NCBI GenBank assembly: GCA_964648365.1
Contig: CAZYLK010000001.1
Span: 762 to 64,761 of the forward strand
From: an uncultured Phycisphaeraceae bacterium
GTDB lineage: Bacteria > Planctomycetota > Phycisphaerae > UBA1845
DNA: 64,000 nucleotides
Direction of reading: 5' to 3'
The stretch's first letter is position 1. Each line of letters starts with the position of its first letter. Under the pieces are notes generated by a model. That model searched no databases, was not told where the DNA came from, and was given only the letters and a program-made list of their open reading frames with translations. Shown here one piece after another: positions 44,604 to 54,500 of this stretch. The translations under genes and the position numbers were made by a program.

Positions 44604-46376
44604 ATGGCAGGAAAGCCGAAAGCATCTTTTTTCGTGGTTATGGCCATCGTTGTGATTGGCCTTGTGGGCTTCGCGGGGTATCGGCTGATGAGTTCCGGCG
44701 ACGACGCCGGGGACGGAGCGCGCACCGCCGCAACGCAGCCGCCCGCGTCCGACTCGTCGCCGTCGACGACGCCACCGGCCCAGCCCGCGGATGGCGCGGC
44801 CGAGGCGCCCGACGCCGCCGGCGTCACCACCGTCAAGGAATACAAGTTCGTTCCCAGCGAGCGGCTGCCGGAAGTTCGTGGCATCTCGGGATATGAGCTT
44901 GAAGACAACACGGTCCGCTTCGCGCTGAACGTGTGGGCCGGGTGGGGGCCGATTATCTTCGCCAACGATGGCTTCCGCGCCGGCAAGGAGTGGAAAACGC
45001 CGGACGGCCAGACCTTCAAGGTGGAACTGGTCTTGATCGACAACCCGGTCGCCATGCGCGACGCCTACGCGGCCGGGAGCGTGCAGATCGGCTGGGCGAC
45101 GCTGGACATGGTGCCGCTGTTTATGGAGGGGTTTGTCGATACCAACGGCCGGCCGCGCGACTCGCGGGTCATGCCGCGCATCTATCAACAGGTCGACTGG
45201 TCGAACGGCGGCGACGGCATCGTCGTCCGGGAGAACATCAAGACGGTCGCCGACCTGCGCGGCAAGACGATTGCACTGGCACAGAACTCGCCCTCGCAGT
45301 ATTTCGCGCTGAACATGCTGATCGCCGGGGGCATTCAGCCGTCAGAGGTGCAGTTCGTTTACACCGAGGACGCCTTCCAGGCGGCGGCGGCGTTTAATGC
45401 TCAGCAGTCGATCGCGGGCGCCGTTTCCTGGGCGCCGGACATCTACAACCTTGAAAGCGTGCGCGGCAACCGGATGCTGGTGACTACGGCGACCGCGAAC
45501 AAGCTGATCGCCGACGTGTGGTTTGCCCGTGCGGACTTCGCCAAGGACCATCCCGGCATCGTCGAGGGACTGGTGCGCGGCATTTTCGACGCCATGATCG
45601 ACCTGAAGGACGAGTCGAACCGCAAGCACTGCGCGGAACTGATGGCGACCGGTTACAACCTGCCGCCCAGCGACACCCTCGCCATGTTCGGCGACGCCCA
45701 CAGCACGAACTGGGCCGAGAACTATCAGTTCTTCGTCAATCAGAACAACCCGGCCAACTTCGAGCGGGTCTGGAACCAGGCCTATTACCTCTATCGCCGG
45801 ATCGGCGCGATCACGCATCAGCCGGTGCCGTTCGATCAGGTGATGGATTACTCGATCATCGACAAGCTGGGCAAAGAGCCGAAGTACTCGAGCCAGAAGG
45901 ACGAGTACAAGATGCAGTTCACGCCGACGACGGTGGGCGAAATCCGGGCCGAGGAAGAGATTCTTACCAACACGGTCTTTATCCACTTCTTCCCCAACAG
46001 TTGGGATCTTCACAAGAAGGTCACCAAGAAGGTGGACGGCAAAGATGTCGAGGAAATGTATGATCCGAACGTTGATTTCGTACTGGAGGATATCGCCAAG
46101 CTGGTCGGGCAGTTCGGCGCGGCTCGCATCGTCATCGAAGGGCACACCGACAGCTCGATGAAAGGGAAAGTCCCGCCCAGCTTGGTGAAAGAGTTGTCCT
46201 TGCATCGCGCCAAGTCGGTCATGGAGCAGCTTGTACAAAAGTACAGCCTTGATCCCAACCAGTTCGGCGTCGAGGGTATGGGCTGGGACCGGCCGGCGGA
46301 TTCCAACGACCCGGAGAACCACGCCAAGAACCGCCGCGTCGAGGTGAAAGTCTACCCGGCCGAGGCGGGGGGGTAG
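44604..46376 (+). CDS. NitT/TauT-type ABC substrate-binding protein fused to a C-terminal OmpA-like domain
   Basis: The N-terminus is a TM/signal anchor. The SBP body is NrtA/SsuA-like (GKTIALAQNSPSQYFALNML). The C-terminal part GHTDSS...LSLHRAKSV...NRRVEVKV is the OmpA/MotB peptidoglycan-binding signature. AGGAG lies 7 nt before the ATG. Confidence 0.8.
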   Translation: MAGKPKASFFVVMAIVVIGLVGFAGYRLMSSGDDAGDGARTAATQPPASDSSPSTTPPAQPADGAAEAPDAAGVTTVKEYKFVPSERLPEVRGISGYELEDNTVRFALNVWAGWGPIIFANDGFRAGKEWKTPDGQTFKVELVLIDNPVAMRDAYAAGSVQIGWATLDMVPLFMEGFVDTNGRPRDSRVMPRIYQQVDWSNGGDGIVVRENIKTVADLRGKTIALAQNSPSQYFALNMLIAGGIQPSEVQFVYTEDAFQAAAAFNAQQSIAGAVSWAPDIYNLESVRGNRMLVTTATANKLIADVWFARADFAKDHPGIVEGLVRGIFDAMIDLKDESNRKHCAELMATGYNLPPSDTLAMFGDAHSTNWAENYQFFVNQNNPANFERVWNQAYYLYRRIGAITHQPVPFDQVMDYSIIDKLGKEPKYSSQKDEYKMQFTPTTVGEIRAEEEILTNTVFIHFFPNSWDLHKKVTKKVDGKDVEEMYDPNVDFVLEDIAKLVGQFGAARIVIEGHTDSSMKGKVPPSLVKELSLHRAKSVMEQLVQKYSLDPNQFGVEGMGWDRPADSNDPENHAKNRRVEVKVYPAEAGG

Positions 46377-46385
46377 ACCTCTGGC

Positions 46386-46576
46386 GTGGCACCGGTTCCG
46401 GTGTGGCACCGGTTTCCAACCGGTGAGTCCGGTGTGGCACCGGTTTGCAACCGGTGAGTCTGATGTGGCACCGGTTTGCAACCGGTGGATCACCTTCCGG
46501 GGTCTGATGCAGGGTTACGCGCACTGGTTGCAAACCAGTGCCACAATTGAAGACACCGGTTGAAAACCGGTGCCAC
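46386..46576. repeat. H1 hairpin array (one partial and three full forward copies, two reverse copies) between SBP gene and permease gene
   Basis: Forward copies gtggcaccggtttSCaaccggtg lie at 46403, 46434 and 46465 with a 31-bp period. Reverse copies are cactggttgcaaaccagtgccac at 46522 and caccggttgaaaaccggtgccac at 46554. Confidence 0.9.
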
Positions 46577-46608
46577 ATAAGAGGGTGCATCGCAGCACTC
46601 GGACGGAC

Positions 46609-47712
46609 ATGGACCAACCACCGGACAATCCACCGCAGGCATCCAAGGCTCCAAGCGCGCGGAAGCCCGAAGACGACCTGGCCGCGGCCGTCGATCATCG
46701 CCCGCTGACGCCCAAGGCGGGGACATCCGGCGGCGCTTCGAGTCACGGCGCCGCGGGCGCCCAAAGCGCCCGCTGGTTCGGCCTGCGCAAGCCCGCCGGC
46801 CGGGTCCAGATCATTCTTCTGGGCATCGCCTGCATCGTCTGCGTCTTCGGCGCCTGGTCGATCCTGACCTCCGGCGTGCCGGAAGAGCGCATCTGGGGGC
46901 CGACCGTCCTGCCCAGCCCGTCCGAGACCTTTAACGCATTCCCGACCCTGTGGACCGACCGCGAACTGATGCGCAATACCGGCGTCACGCTCAAGCGGGT
47001 GGTGCTGGGATTCGCCCTCGCCTGCATCGTCGGCGTTCCCATCGGCGTCGCGTGCGGCTGCTTTGGCCCGATCGGGGCATTCATGGCGCCATTGACGCTG
47101 GTGGGGCGAAACATCCCCATCGCCGCGCTGATTCCGCTGACGTTTTCGCTGTTCGGCATTGGCGAGCAGCAGAAAATCATGTTCATCTTCATCGCATGCG
47201 TCGCCTTCATCATCGCCGACACGGCCGGGGCCATTGCGGACGTGGAGGAGCGATACGTCGATACGGCCTTTACACTCGGCGCGAGGACGCGGCAGATCAT
47301 CATGAAGGTGCTCGTGCCGCTGGCGATCCCATCGGTGTTCAACTCGCTGCGAGTGCTGTTCGGCCTGGCGTTCGGCTACATCATGCTGGCGGAACTGGTC
47401 AAGTTCGGCGGCGAGGCGGGCGGACTCGGCGACATCATCATCATGTCCCAGCGCCGCGGCCAGCGCGAGCACATCCTGCTCGTCCTGATGATCATCCCGC
47501 TGATCGCCCTGGGGCTGGACCGCATCCTGTTTCTCATCCAACGCAGCCTCTTCCCGCATCGCTACGGCGGGCGCGGAATGCTCAATCGCGGGTTCGCTGT
47601 CGTGGTGCATCGCTGGGAGGACTTCAAGGGGCTGTTCTGGACATCCGGCGCAGGGGCATCGGCTGACGGTCCGGGTGCGAGCTCCGACAACGCGCGAGGG
47701 ACCGGCGCATGA
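46609..47712 (+). CDS. ABC transporter permease (NitT/TauT family)
   Basis: Polytopic, with an EAA-like loop region (TLGARTRQIIMKVLVPLAIPS). Its stop overlaps the ATPase start (ATGA). The start was set to ATG 46609. Confidence 0.85.
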   Translation: MDQPPDNPPQASKAPSARKPEDDLAAAVDHRPLTPKAGTSGGASSHGAAGAQSARWFGLRKPAGRVQIILLGIACIVCVFGAWSILTSGVPEERIWGPTVLPSPSETFNAFPTLWTDRELMRNTGVTLKRVVLGFALACIVGVPIGVACGCFGPIGAFMAPLTLVGRNIPIAALIPLTFSLFGIGEQQKIMFIFIACVAFIIADTAGAIADVEERYVDTAFTLGARTRQIIMKVLVPLAIPSVFNSLRVLFGLAFGYIMLAELVKFGGEAGGLGDIIIMSQRRGQREHILLVLMIIPLIALGLDRILFLIQRSLFPHRYGGRGMLNRGFAVVVHRWEDFKGLFWTSGAGASADGPGASSDNARGTGA

Positions 47713-48611
47713 GCGGCGCAACTCCGCATCGCAATACCGGCGACTCCGGCGCGAGAAGCGTGACCGATTCCACGGCCACGGTTGACCGGCCCCGTGCCGC
47801 GCCGGCATCGCCCCTCCCCCCCGTCGTCGAGTTTCGCAACGTCACCAAGACCTACGCCGCCGGTACGCCCAAGGCCTACACCGCCATCAAGGACGTGACC
47901 TTCACCGTCGAAGACCTTGTCGATCATGGCGAGTTCATCACCGTCCTCGGCCCCAGCGGCTGCGGCAAAAGCACGATCCTTCGACTGATCGCCGGGCTGG
48001 CCCCCCAGCACCCGCCGACGACCGGCGACGTACTCGTCCTGGGCAGCCCCGTGACCGGCCCCGGCGCCGACCGCGGCATGGTTTTCCAGGACTACACCAG
48101 CTTCGACCACCGGACCGTGCTCGACAACGTCACCTTCGGCCTGGAGTGCCGCGGCGTGCCGCGCGATGAGCGCTATGCCATCGGCCGCGAGTGGATCCGC
48201 CGCGTCGGCCTGGCGGAGGCCGATGAGCACAAATACCCGCACCAGCTTTCCGGCGGGATGCGGCAGCGCGTCGCCATCGCCCGCACGCTGGTCCTGCGGC
48301 CGCGGATCATCCTGATGGACGAGCCGTTCGGAGCCCTCGACCCACAGACTAGGATGCACATGCAGGATCTGCTCGTGTCTTTGTGGCGGAACGTCCAAGC
48401 CACGGTGTTTTTCGTGACCCACTCGATCGAGGAGGCGGTCTACCTGGGCGACCGGGTGTACGTCCTCAGCAGCGCCCCCGGCCGGCTGGTCGAGGAGCGA
48501 AAAGTCCCCCCGCCCGACCGCCCCGCCCTGGCGATGCGCAAGGAGCGTGAATTTCAGGAGACGGTGGCGTACATTCGCGACCTTGTGACCCGACTGGACG
48601 AGGGAAGCTGA
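47709..48611 (+). CDS. ABC transporter ATP-binding protein (NitT/TauT family)
   Basis: Walker A GPSGCGKST, signature LSGGMRQRVAIARTL and Walker B ILMDEPFGALD. Confidence 0.92.
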   Translation: MSGATPHRNTGDSGARSVTDSTATVDRPRAAPASPLPPVVEFRNVTKTYAAGTPKAYTAIKDVTFTVEDLVDHGEFITVLGPSGCGKSTILRLIAGLAPQHPPTTGDVLVLGSPVTGPGADRGMVFQDYTSFDHRTVLDNVTFGLECRGVPRDERYAIGREWIRRVGLAEADEHKYPHQLSGGMRQRVAIARTLVLRPRIILMDEPFGALDPQTRMHMQDLLVSLWRNVQATVFFVTHSIEEAVYLGDRVYVLSSAPGRLVEERKVPPPDRPALAMRKEREFQETVAYIRDLVTRLDEGS

Positions 48612-48616
48612 CGCGC

Positions 48617-49504
48617 ATGCGCCGCCCGGCCGGAAAACTCGGCACCTATCTGAAGGCAGCGTTCACCCACCACTGGAACCTGCTGGCCTTTTTCGGTGCG
48701 CTGGGTTTTTCCCTGCTCAGCGGCATGCCGGACGTGCTGATCCCTCTGGTGGTGGCCGGCGAGATGGTCTATGTGGGCGGGCTGGCCGCGCATCCGAAGT
48801 TCCAGGCCTACATCGACGCCCAGGCGGCCAAGGCGGTCCGGCAGGACGGCTCGTCCCGCTCGCAGCAGATGCTCAATACCATGCTGCGCCGGCTCCCGCC
48901 GCGCACGATTGACCGGTTCGAGACGCTGCGCAACCGCTGCCTGGAACTGCGACAACTCGCCCTGGAACTGAAAGACCCCGGCCACACCGGCGGCGCGCGC
49001 CCGCTCGACGACATGCAGATGTCCGGCCTGGACCGGCTGCTGTGGATCTACCTGCGGTTGCTGTTTACCGAGCATTCGCTGGAGCGCTTCCAGGAGCGCA
49101 CCCACCCGTCGCAGGTCGAAGCGGACATCGAGGCGCTGGAGGCCCAGCTTTCCGACAGCGCGTCGATCGCCGACGACATTCAGCGGCAGAAGGTTCAGCG
49201 CACCCTTCAGGACAACCTCCAGACCTGCCGCGACCGGCTCGCCAACCTGCAGAAAGCCCGTGACAACCTCACGGTGGTCAAGCTCGAACTCGACCGGCTG
49301 GAAAACAAAATCCGCGCCTTAAGCGAACTGCCCCTCAACCGCCAGGAGCCCGACTACATCACTGCCCAGGTGGACGCGGTGGCATCGAGCATGGTGCAGA
49401 CCGAGCAGACGATGAACGAACTGCAATTCGCCACCGGCCTGGAAACGGCCGACGAAGCCGTGCCGCCGCTGATGAGCCGGCCGGTGGCGATGATGCAGGA
49501 ATAG
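48617..49504 (+). CDS. Hypothetical membrane protein with two N-terminal TM helices and long coiled coil
   Basis: 295-aa ORF 6 nt after the ABC ATPase gene. It has WNLLAFFGALGFSLLSGMPDVLIPLVVAGEMVYVGGL followed by Q/L/E-rich heptads. Confidence 0.6.
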   Translation: MRRPAGKLGTYLKAAFTHHWNLLAFFGALGFSLLSGMPDVLIPLVVAGEMVYVGGLAAHPKFQAYIDAQAAKAVRQDGSSRSQQMLNTMLRRLPPRTIDRFETLRNRCLELRQLALELKDPGHTGGARPLDDMQMSGLDRLLWIYLRLLFTEHSLERFQERTHPSQVEADIEALEAQLSDSASIADDIQRQKVQRTLQDNLQTCRDRLANLQKARDNLTVVKLELDRLENKIRALSELPLNRQEPDYITAQVDAVASSMVQTEQTMNELQFATGLETADEAVPPLMSRPVAMMQE

Positions 49505-49534
49505 CGAATAGCGAATGGCGAATAACGAATGAAG
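49500..49534. repeat. Family B octamer array spanning a stop codon and the argH start codon
   Basis: aatagcgaatagcgaatggcgaataacgaatgaag. The TAG at 49502-49504 ends the upstream gene, and the ATG at 49529-49531 (unit GAATGAAG) starts argH. Confidence 0.9.
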
Positions 49535-50890
49535 AAAGGCGATTCCCAACCCACTCCGTCGCGCCTCTGGGACAAGGGCGACGCGCTCGATCGGTTGATC
49601 CATGCATTTACCGTCGGTGACGATCCGCAGGTGGACCTTCACCTGGTGTACTGGGACTGCCTCGGCTCGGCCGCACATGCGCGGACGCTGGAGAAGGCCG
49701 GCGTGCTCACGAGCGAGGAGTGCGCCGGGCTGATCGCCGGGCTTGCCGAAATCGCACGGCTTGCGTCGGAGGGCCGATTCGAGATTCCGCTCGAACTGGA
49801 AGATTGTCACACGGCCATCGAGGCGCACCTCACGACAACCGCAGGCGAGGCGGGGCAGAAGATTCACACGGGGCGCTCGCGCAACGACCAGGTCGCGACC
49901 GCGATGCGGCTCTACATGCGCCATCACGCGCTGCGGTGGATGGAACTGCTCGACCGGTTTGCGTGTGCCTGCCTGGAGCGGGCGCGGCGCGACGGCGACG
50001 TGCCGATGCCGGGGTATACGCATCTGCAACCGGCGATGCCGTCGAGCGTCGGGTTGTGGCTGGCGGCGTGGGCAGAGGCTGCCGTCGAGCACATGGCATC
50101 CGGGCTGGATCTGCTCCATCGCCTCGACCGCTGCCCGCTGGGGACCGGGGCCGGCTTCGGGATATCGCTGCCGCTGGATCGCCAATGGACGGCGGAGTTG
50201 CTCGGCTTTTCGAAGATTCAGCGCAATCCGATCGACGTGCAAAACAGCCGCGGGCGGTTCGAGACGTATTTCCTGCGCGTTGGCGTGGACGTTGCGGGAA
50301 TGCTAGAGAAGCTGGCCGTGGATCTGGTGCTGTTTGCGACGCGCGAGTTCGGTTTCGTCAAGCTGCCGGTCGAGATGACCACCGGTTCGTCCATCATGCC
50401 GCAGAAGCGCAATCCGGACGTGGTGGAACTGGTCCGCGGCCACGCGGGCGTGGTTCGCGGGCGGCTGGCGCAGCTCGAATGGGTCTGCGCGAAGTTGCCG
50501 TCGAGCTATCACCGCGACCTGCAATTGACCAAGGCGCCGGTCGTGGCTGGGGTGCAAGACGTGGATGCCATGCTGACCGTCATGACGCGCGTCGTGGACG
50601 GCCTCGCTTTTGACGCACAGCGGCTGCGTGCCGCGATGTCCGACGAACTGTACGCGGCAGATGCGGCCTACGCCCTGGTGCGCCAGGGCGTGCCGTTTCG
50701 CGAGGCGTATCGCCGCGTCGGCGCCGACATCGCTGGTGGCGCGTTTTCGGCCCCGGATGGGGCGGGCCATTCAGCCGGAAGCGTTCAGCCGCAGGCGCTG
50801 GGAGATCTCAACGAAGAACGCGCACGGCTGCTGGCCGCCGCGGAGGCGTTCCGCGGGCGGGAGCGGACGTGCAGTGCGTTGTTGAAATAG
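49529..50890 (+). CDS. argH: Argininosuccinate lyase
   Basis: Fumarate-lyase signature TGSSIMPQKRNPDVVEL and an N-terminus LWDKG...FTVGDD typical of ArgH. Confidence 0.92.
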   Translation: MKKGDSQPTPSRLWDKGDALDRLIHAFTVGDDPQVDLHLVYWDCLGSAAHARTLEKAGVLTSEECAGLIAGLAEIARLASEGRFEIPLELEDCHTAIEAHLTTTAGEAGQKIHTGRSRNDQVATAMRLYMRHHALRWMELLDRFACACLERARRDGDVPMPGYTHLQPAMPSSVGLWLAAWAEAAVEHMASGLDLLHRLDRCPLGTGAGFGISLPLDRQWTAELLGFSKIQRNPIDVQNSRGRFETYFLRVGVDVAGMLEKLAVDLVLFATREFGFVKLPVEMTTGSSIMPQKRNPDVVELVRGHAGVVRGRLAQLEWVCAKLPSSYHRDLQLTKAPVVAGVQDVDAMLTVMTRVVDGLAFDAQRLRAAMSDELYAADAAYALVRQGVPFREAYRRVGADIAGGAFSAPDGAGHSAGSVQPQALGDLNEERARLLAAAEAFRGRERTCSALLK

Positions 50891-51069
50891 CGAGCACGAC
50901 GGATGGCCGGCGACCGCTTCGCGACGACCGCCCCACACGTCACCGGCTGCGTCGCGGCGATCCAACAGTACGCCGATCACGCTGGGCAAATCGCAGCCGG
51001 ATTCGACCGTCAAGCGCCGCCCGGGCTGACGCCCACGGCTCGCGGCCGGCGCGTGTTCATGCACAATGA

Positions 51070-51420
51070 TCAGGCTGAACTTGCGGCCTTGACGCCTTTG
51101 TCGAGCGATCGGAACCAGTTCACCGCGTCCCGCCCGTAAAGGGGCACGACGTAGTCGTTGTGGTGTTTGTAATCGCGGCCCGGGGTCAGGCCCACCTCGC
51201 GCAACGCCTTCTTGACTTCGGTGACCTCCTTCTTGGTGGATACGCCAAGCCGAACCTCGTAGCCCTTCTTGTAGGCCGTGCCCATTGACTCGCGCCGCTG
51301 GGGATCCGGTGCGCGCACGTAGCCTCGTTCGGCGAAGACGCGCTGAAGGACGCGCCGGGCCGACGACTTTCCTGCACGCGCACCTCCATTTCTGGACGCC
51401 CGTGACTTGCTGGTCGCCAT
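51070..51420 (-). CDS. Small basic hypothetical protein (116 aa)
   Basis: Only the last 116 codons of tracked ORF 51070..54228 look protein-like (MATSKSRASRNGG...YKKGYEVRLGVSTKKEVTEVKKALREVGLTPGRDYKHHNDYVVPLYGRDAVNWF). The rest is antisense to the helicase gene. Confidence 0.5.
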   Translation of the reverse strand: MATSKSRASRNGGARAGKSSARRVLQRVFAERGYVRAPDPQRRESMGTAYKKGYEVRLGVSTKKEVTEVKKALREVGLTPGRDYKHHNDYVVPLYGRDAVNWFRSLDKGVKAASSA

Positions 51421-51528
51421 TCCGTCTCTCCCTGTGTACTCGCGGCGCGGGTGTGACGGACCACGCCCCAAGCCGCGGAACTCCCTTTTTGGCTCCGGTC
51501 CGTCTCCTATGTTAGGATCGCTCCACCG

Positions 51529-54500
51529 ATGTCGGCAATAGCGCCCACGCCCCAACAGCGCCAGGCGATCGAAACCGCCGGGTGTGAAGTGATCGTTTCC
51601 GCGGCCGCGGGATCGGGCAAAACCTCCGTACTGGCCGGACGTTGCGCGTATCTGGTCTCCGAGGCGCCGGCGCCGTGGCGCTGTGATGCGGATGCACTGC
51701 TGGTGCTCACTTTTACCGAGGCCGCGGCGGCGCAGATGCGCTCGCGGATCGTGGATCGGCTGCGGGAGCGGGTTCGCCAGCGCCCGGAGGATGCACGGCT
51801 CCGACGGCAGTTGTCGCTGATCGACCTCGCAGAGATCGGCACGCTCCACGCGTTCTGCCTGTCGCTTGTGCGGCGCTATTTTTCGACACTGGGCGTCGAC
51901 CCGGACGTCCGCGTCCTGGATGCGGACGAGGCGGCGCTGATCGAGCGTGACGCCATGGACGGCTTGTTCGAGCGCCTCTACGCGCGTCAAGCCGTCGGTG
52001 TGACAGGCGCGTCGGGGGGGGGGAACGCGGGCGCCGACGCCGGCAGGGGGGTGGCGGACGTTCTGGCCGGTCGGTTTGTCGAGCTGGTTGAGGTCTACGG
52101 ACTGGGGCGCGACGCTGCGATCGCGGAGGCGGTGCTGCGCCTGAGTCGTTTTCTCGACAGCCTGCCCGACCCCGAGGGATGGCTGCACACACATGTCCAC
52201 GCCGCGGCTGCCAACCCCGCCGGCCTGGTGGATCGCAAACTGGCTCAACTTCGTGACGAGCTGGCGCGGCAACTCGAACATCTGCGGGCGCAGTGGGCGG
52301 CGATCGACGGGCAGGAGAGCCGATGCCGTCTGGTCAAAGATGCGCTGCGGGCGTACGGCGTCCAACTGAACGAATGGGCGGCGATGGCCGCCGCGCCCGC
52401 CGAAGGGGCCGATGCCGCCAGCGCCGGCGCCTGCCTGGATCGCCTGCGCGGCGCGATGGCGGCCTTCGAGTTCAAAAAACCGCACGGTGTCCGGCGCCGG
52501 CCGGGCGAAGAATTGCCGCCGCATGTGCGGTATGCGGTGGAGACGTTCGACGAGGTGCAGAAGGGCCTTTTCAGCGGACGGCTGATGAAAGCGTTCGGGC
52601 GGTTCAGCACGGCCGAGTGGATCGCGGGGGCGGGGGCCGTCGTGCCGCACGCCGCCGCGCTCGCGGACCTGGCGATCGAGTTTCGTGCGGAGTACCTGGC
52701 CCGCAAGCGGGCGCTGGGCGCGATCGACTTTTCCGATCTTGAGCGGCTGGCGTATACGCTGCTGTCGGCGGACGGAGAGGGCGGGGGCCAGGTCGCCGAG
52801 GAGCTTCGTGCTCGATTCGCGCACGTCTGCGTCGACGAGTTTCAGGACATCAACCCGCTGCAGGCGGCGATCATCCGTGCGGTGAGCCGGACCGGCGACG
52901 GGGCGAACCTCTTCGTCGTCGGCGATGTGAAGCAGAGCATCTATCGCTTCCGCCTCGCCGAGCCGGAGCTTTTTCTCGAGGCGTGGCGGCAGGGCCGCCA
53001 AACCGATCGAGGGGGGGCGATCCCGCTGCAGAGCAACTTCCGCAGCCGCAGCGAGGTGATCGGTTTTGCCAATCTGCTCTTCGAACAGTTGATGCGGCCG
53101 GGCGCGGGGGCGGTCGTGTACGATGATCACGCCCGGCTGGTCGCCGGCCGCGCCGACGCCGCTGCGCCGCCGCCGCAACTCGTCGAACTCCACCTGCTGG
53201 CTCGACGTCTGGACGCTGCGCCCGGCTCGGAAAATGCGGACGAATCGGGCGAGCACGCCGTCGACTCGCCCCCCCCCGACGGCGACGACGCGGTTCGCGC
53301 CTTTGATCCCACCGACCCGGCCGAGTGGAACCCGATCGAGCGCGAGGCGTTCCTGATCGGCCGCCGCATCGGGCAACTGATGACCGACGGATCCGTGACG
53401 CCCGATGGAAAGCGCCTCCAGTATCGCGACATCGCGATCCTGCTGCGGTCGACGAAGGTGAACGCCGCACAGGTCGCGGCCATGCTGACGTCGATGGGCA
53501 TCCCCGTCCACAGCGACGCCGCCGTGCCCTTCCTGTCGTCGCAGGAAGTTCGCGAGATGCTCGATGCACTGCGCGTGCTCGACAACCCGCGTCAGGACAT
53601 TCCCCTGGCCGGGGTCATGCGAACCGGCGTCCTGGGCGAGTCGTTTACGGAAGACGAACTCGTTGAGATTCGCGCGATGGATCGTTCCGTGGCGTTCCAC
53701 CAGGCGGTGCATCGATTCGGGCAGTCGGGTCCGGCCGGTGCGACGCAGCGGAAGCTGTCCCGCCTGCTGGCGACGATTGATCAGTATCGGCACGAGGCCG
53801 GCACGCGCCCGCTGGCCGACGTCGTCTGGGACATCTACGACCGCGGCGGCTATCTGGCGCACGTCGGCGGGTTGCCGCGCGGGCTTCATCGCCGTGCCAA
53901 CCTGATTCACCTGCACGAGCGCGCCCGCCGGTTCGGTACGTTCCGCCGGCAGGGGCTGCACTACTTCCTGCGTTACATCGAGCTGCTGGAATCGCGCGAC
54001 GCCGATCTGAGCGACTCCGCGCCGTCGCCCGGCGCGGAGGACGCGGTGCGGATCATGTCCATCCACATGGCCAAGGGTCTGGAGTTTCCCGTCGTGTTCC
54101 TGGCGGGCACCGGAACGCGGTTCAACATGCAGGACAGCCGCGGCATGATCCTGTTCAGCCGCCGGAGCGGCATCGGTCTGCGCGTCGTCGATCGAGACAA
54201 GTACGTTCACTATCCGGGGCTGGCGCATTCACTGGTCGTCGATGAGGTCGAGCGGGACGCCCGCGAAGAAGAGCTGCGCGTGATGTACGTCGCGCTCACT
54301 CGGGCGCGCGAGAAGCTCATCGTCATCGGAACGCCCGTCTGCAAGGACATCGATGAGTGGGTCGCCGCCGCCCGGGGTACGGGTCGGCCGCCCACGCTCT
54401 ACGCCGTGGACCGCGCCGGCTGCATGTTGGACTGGATCGTGCCGTGCATGGCGTCCGCGCCGGTCGGCGATGTCGCGTGGCCGGAGGGCGCCTCTTCAAC

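Noticed and set aside
46386-46576. H1 repeats (TGGCACCGGTTTGCA) as sigma-54 -24/-12 promoters, given the NtrC-type regulator in the window
   Set aside because: The consensus is TGGCAC-N5-TTGC. In the repeat the GG and GC elements are one base too close (TGGCAC-CGGT-TTGC). Many copies have TTTTCA or TTTCCA instead of TTGCA. Copies occur in both orientations, in tandem and inside coding regions. The similarity is judged to be coincidental.
51421-54228. Upstream 936 codons of the 1052-aa minus-strand ORF 51070..54228
   Set aside because: It is antisense to the AddA-like helicase gene, which has Walker A and nuclease motifs. Only the last 116 codons (51070-51420), outside the helicase gene, look protein-like and were kept.
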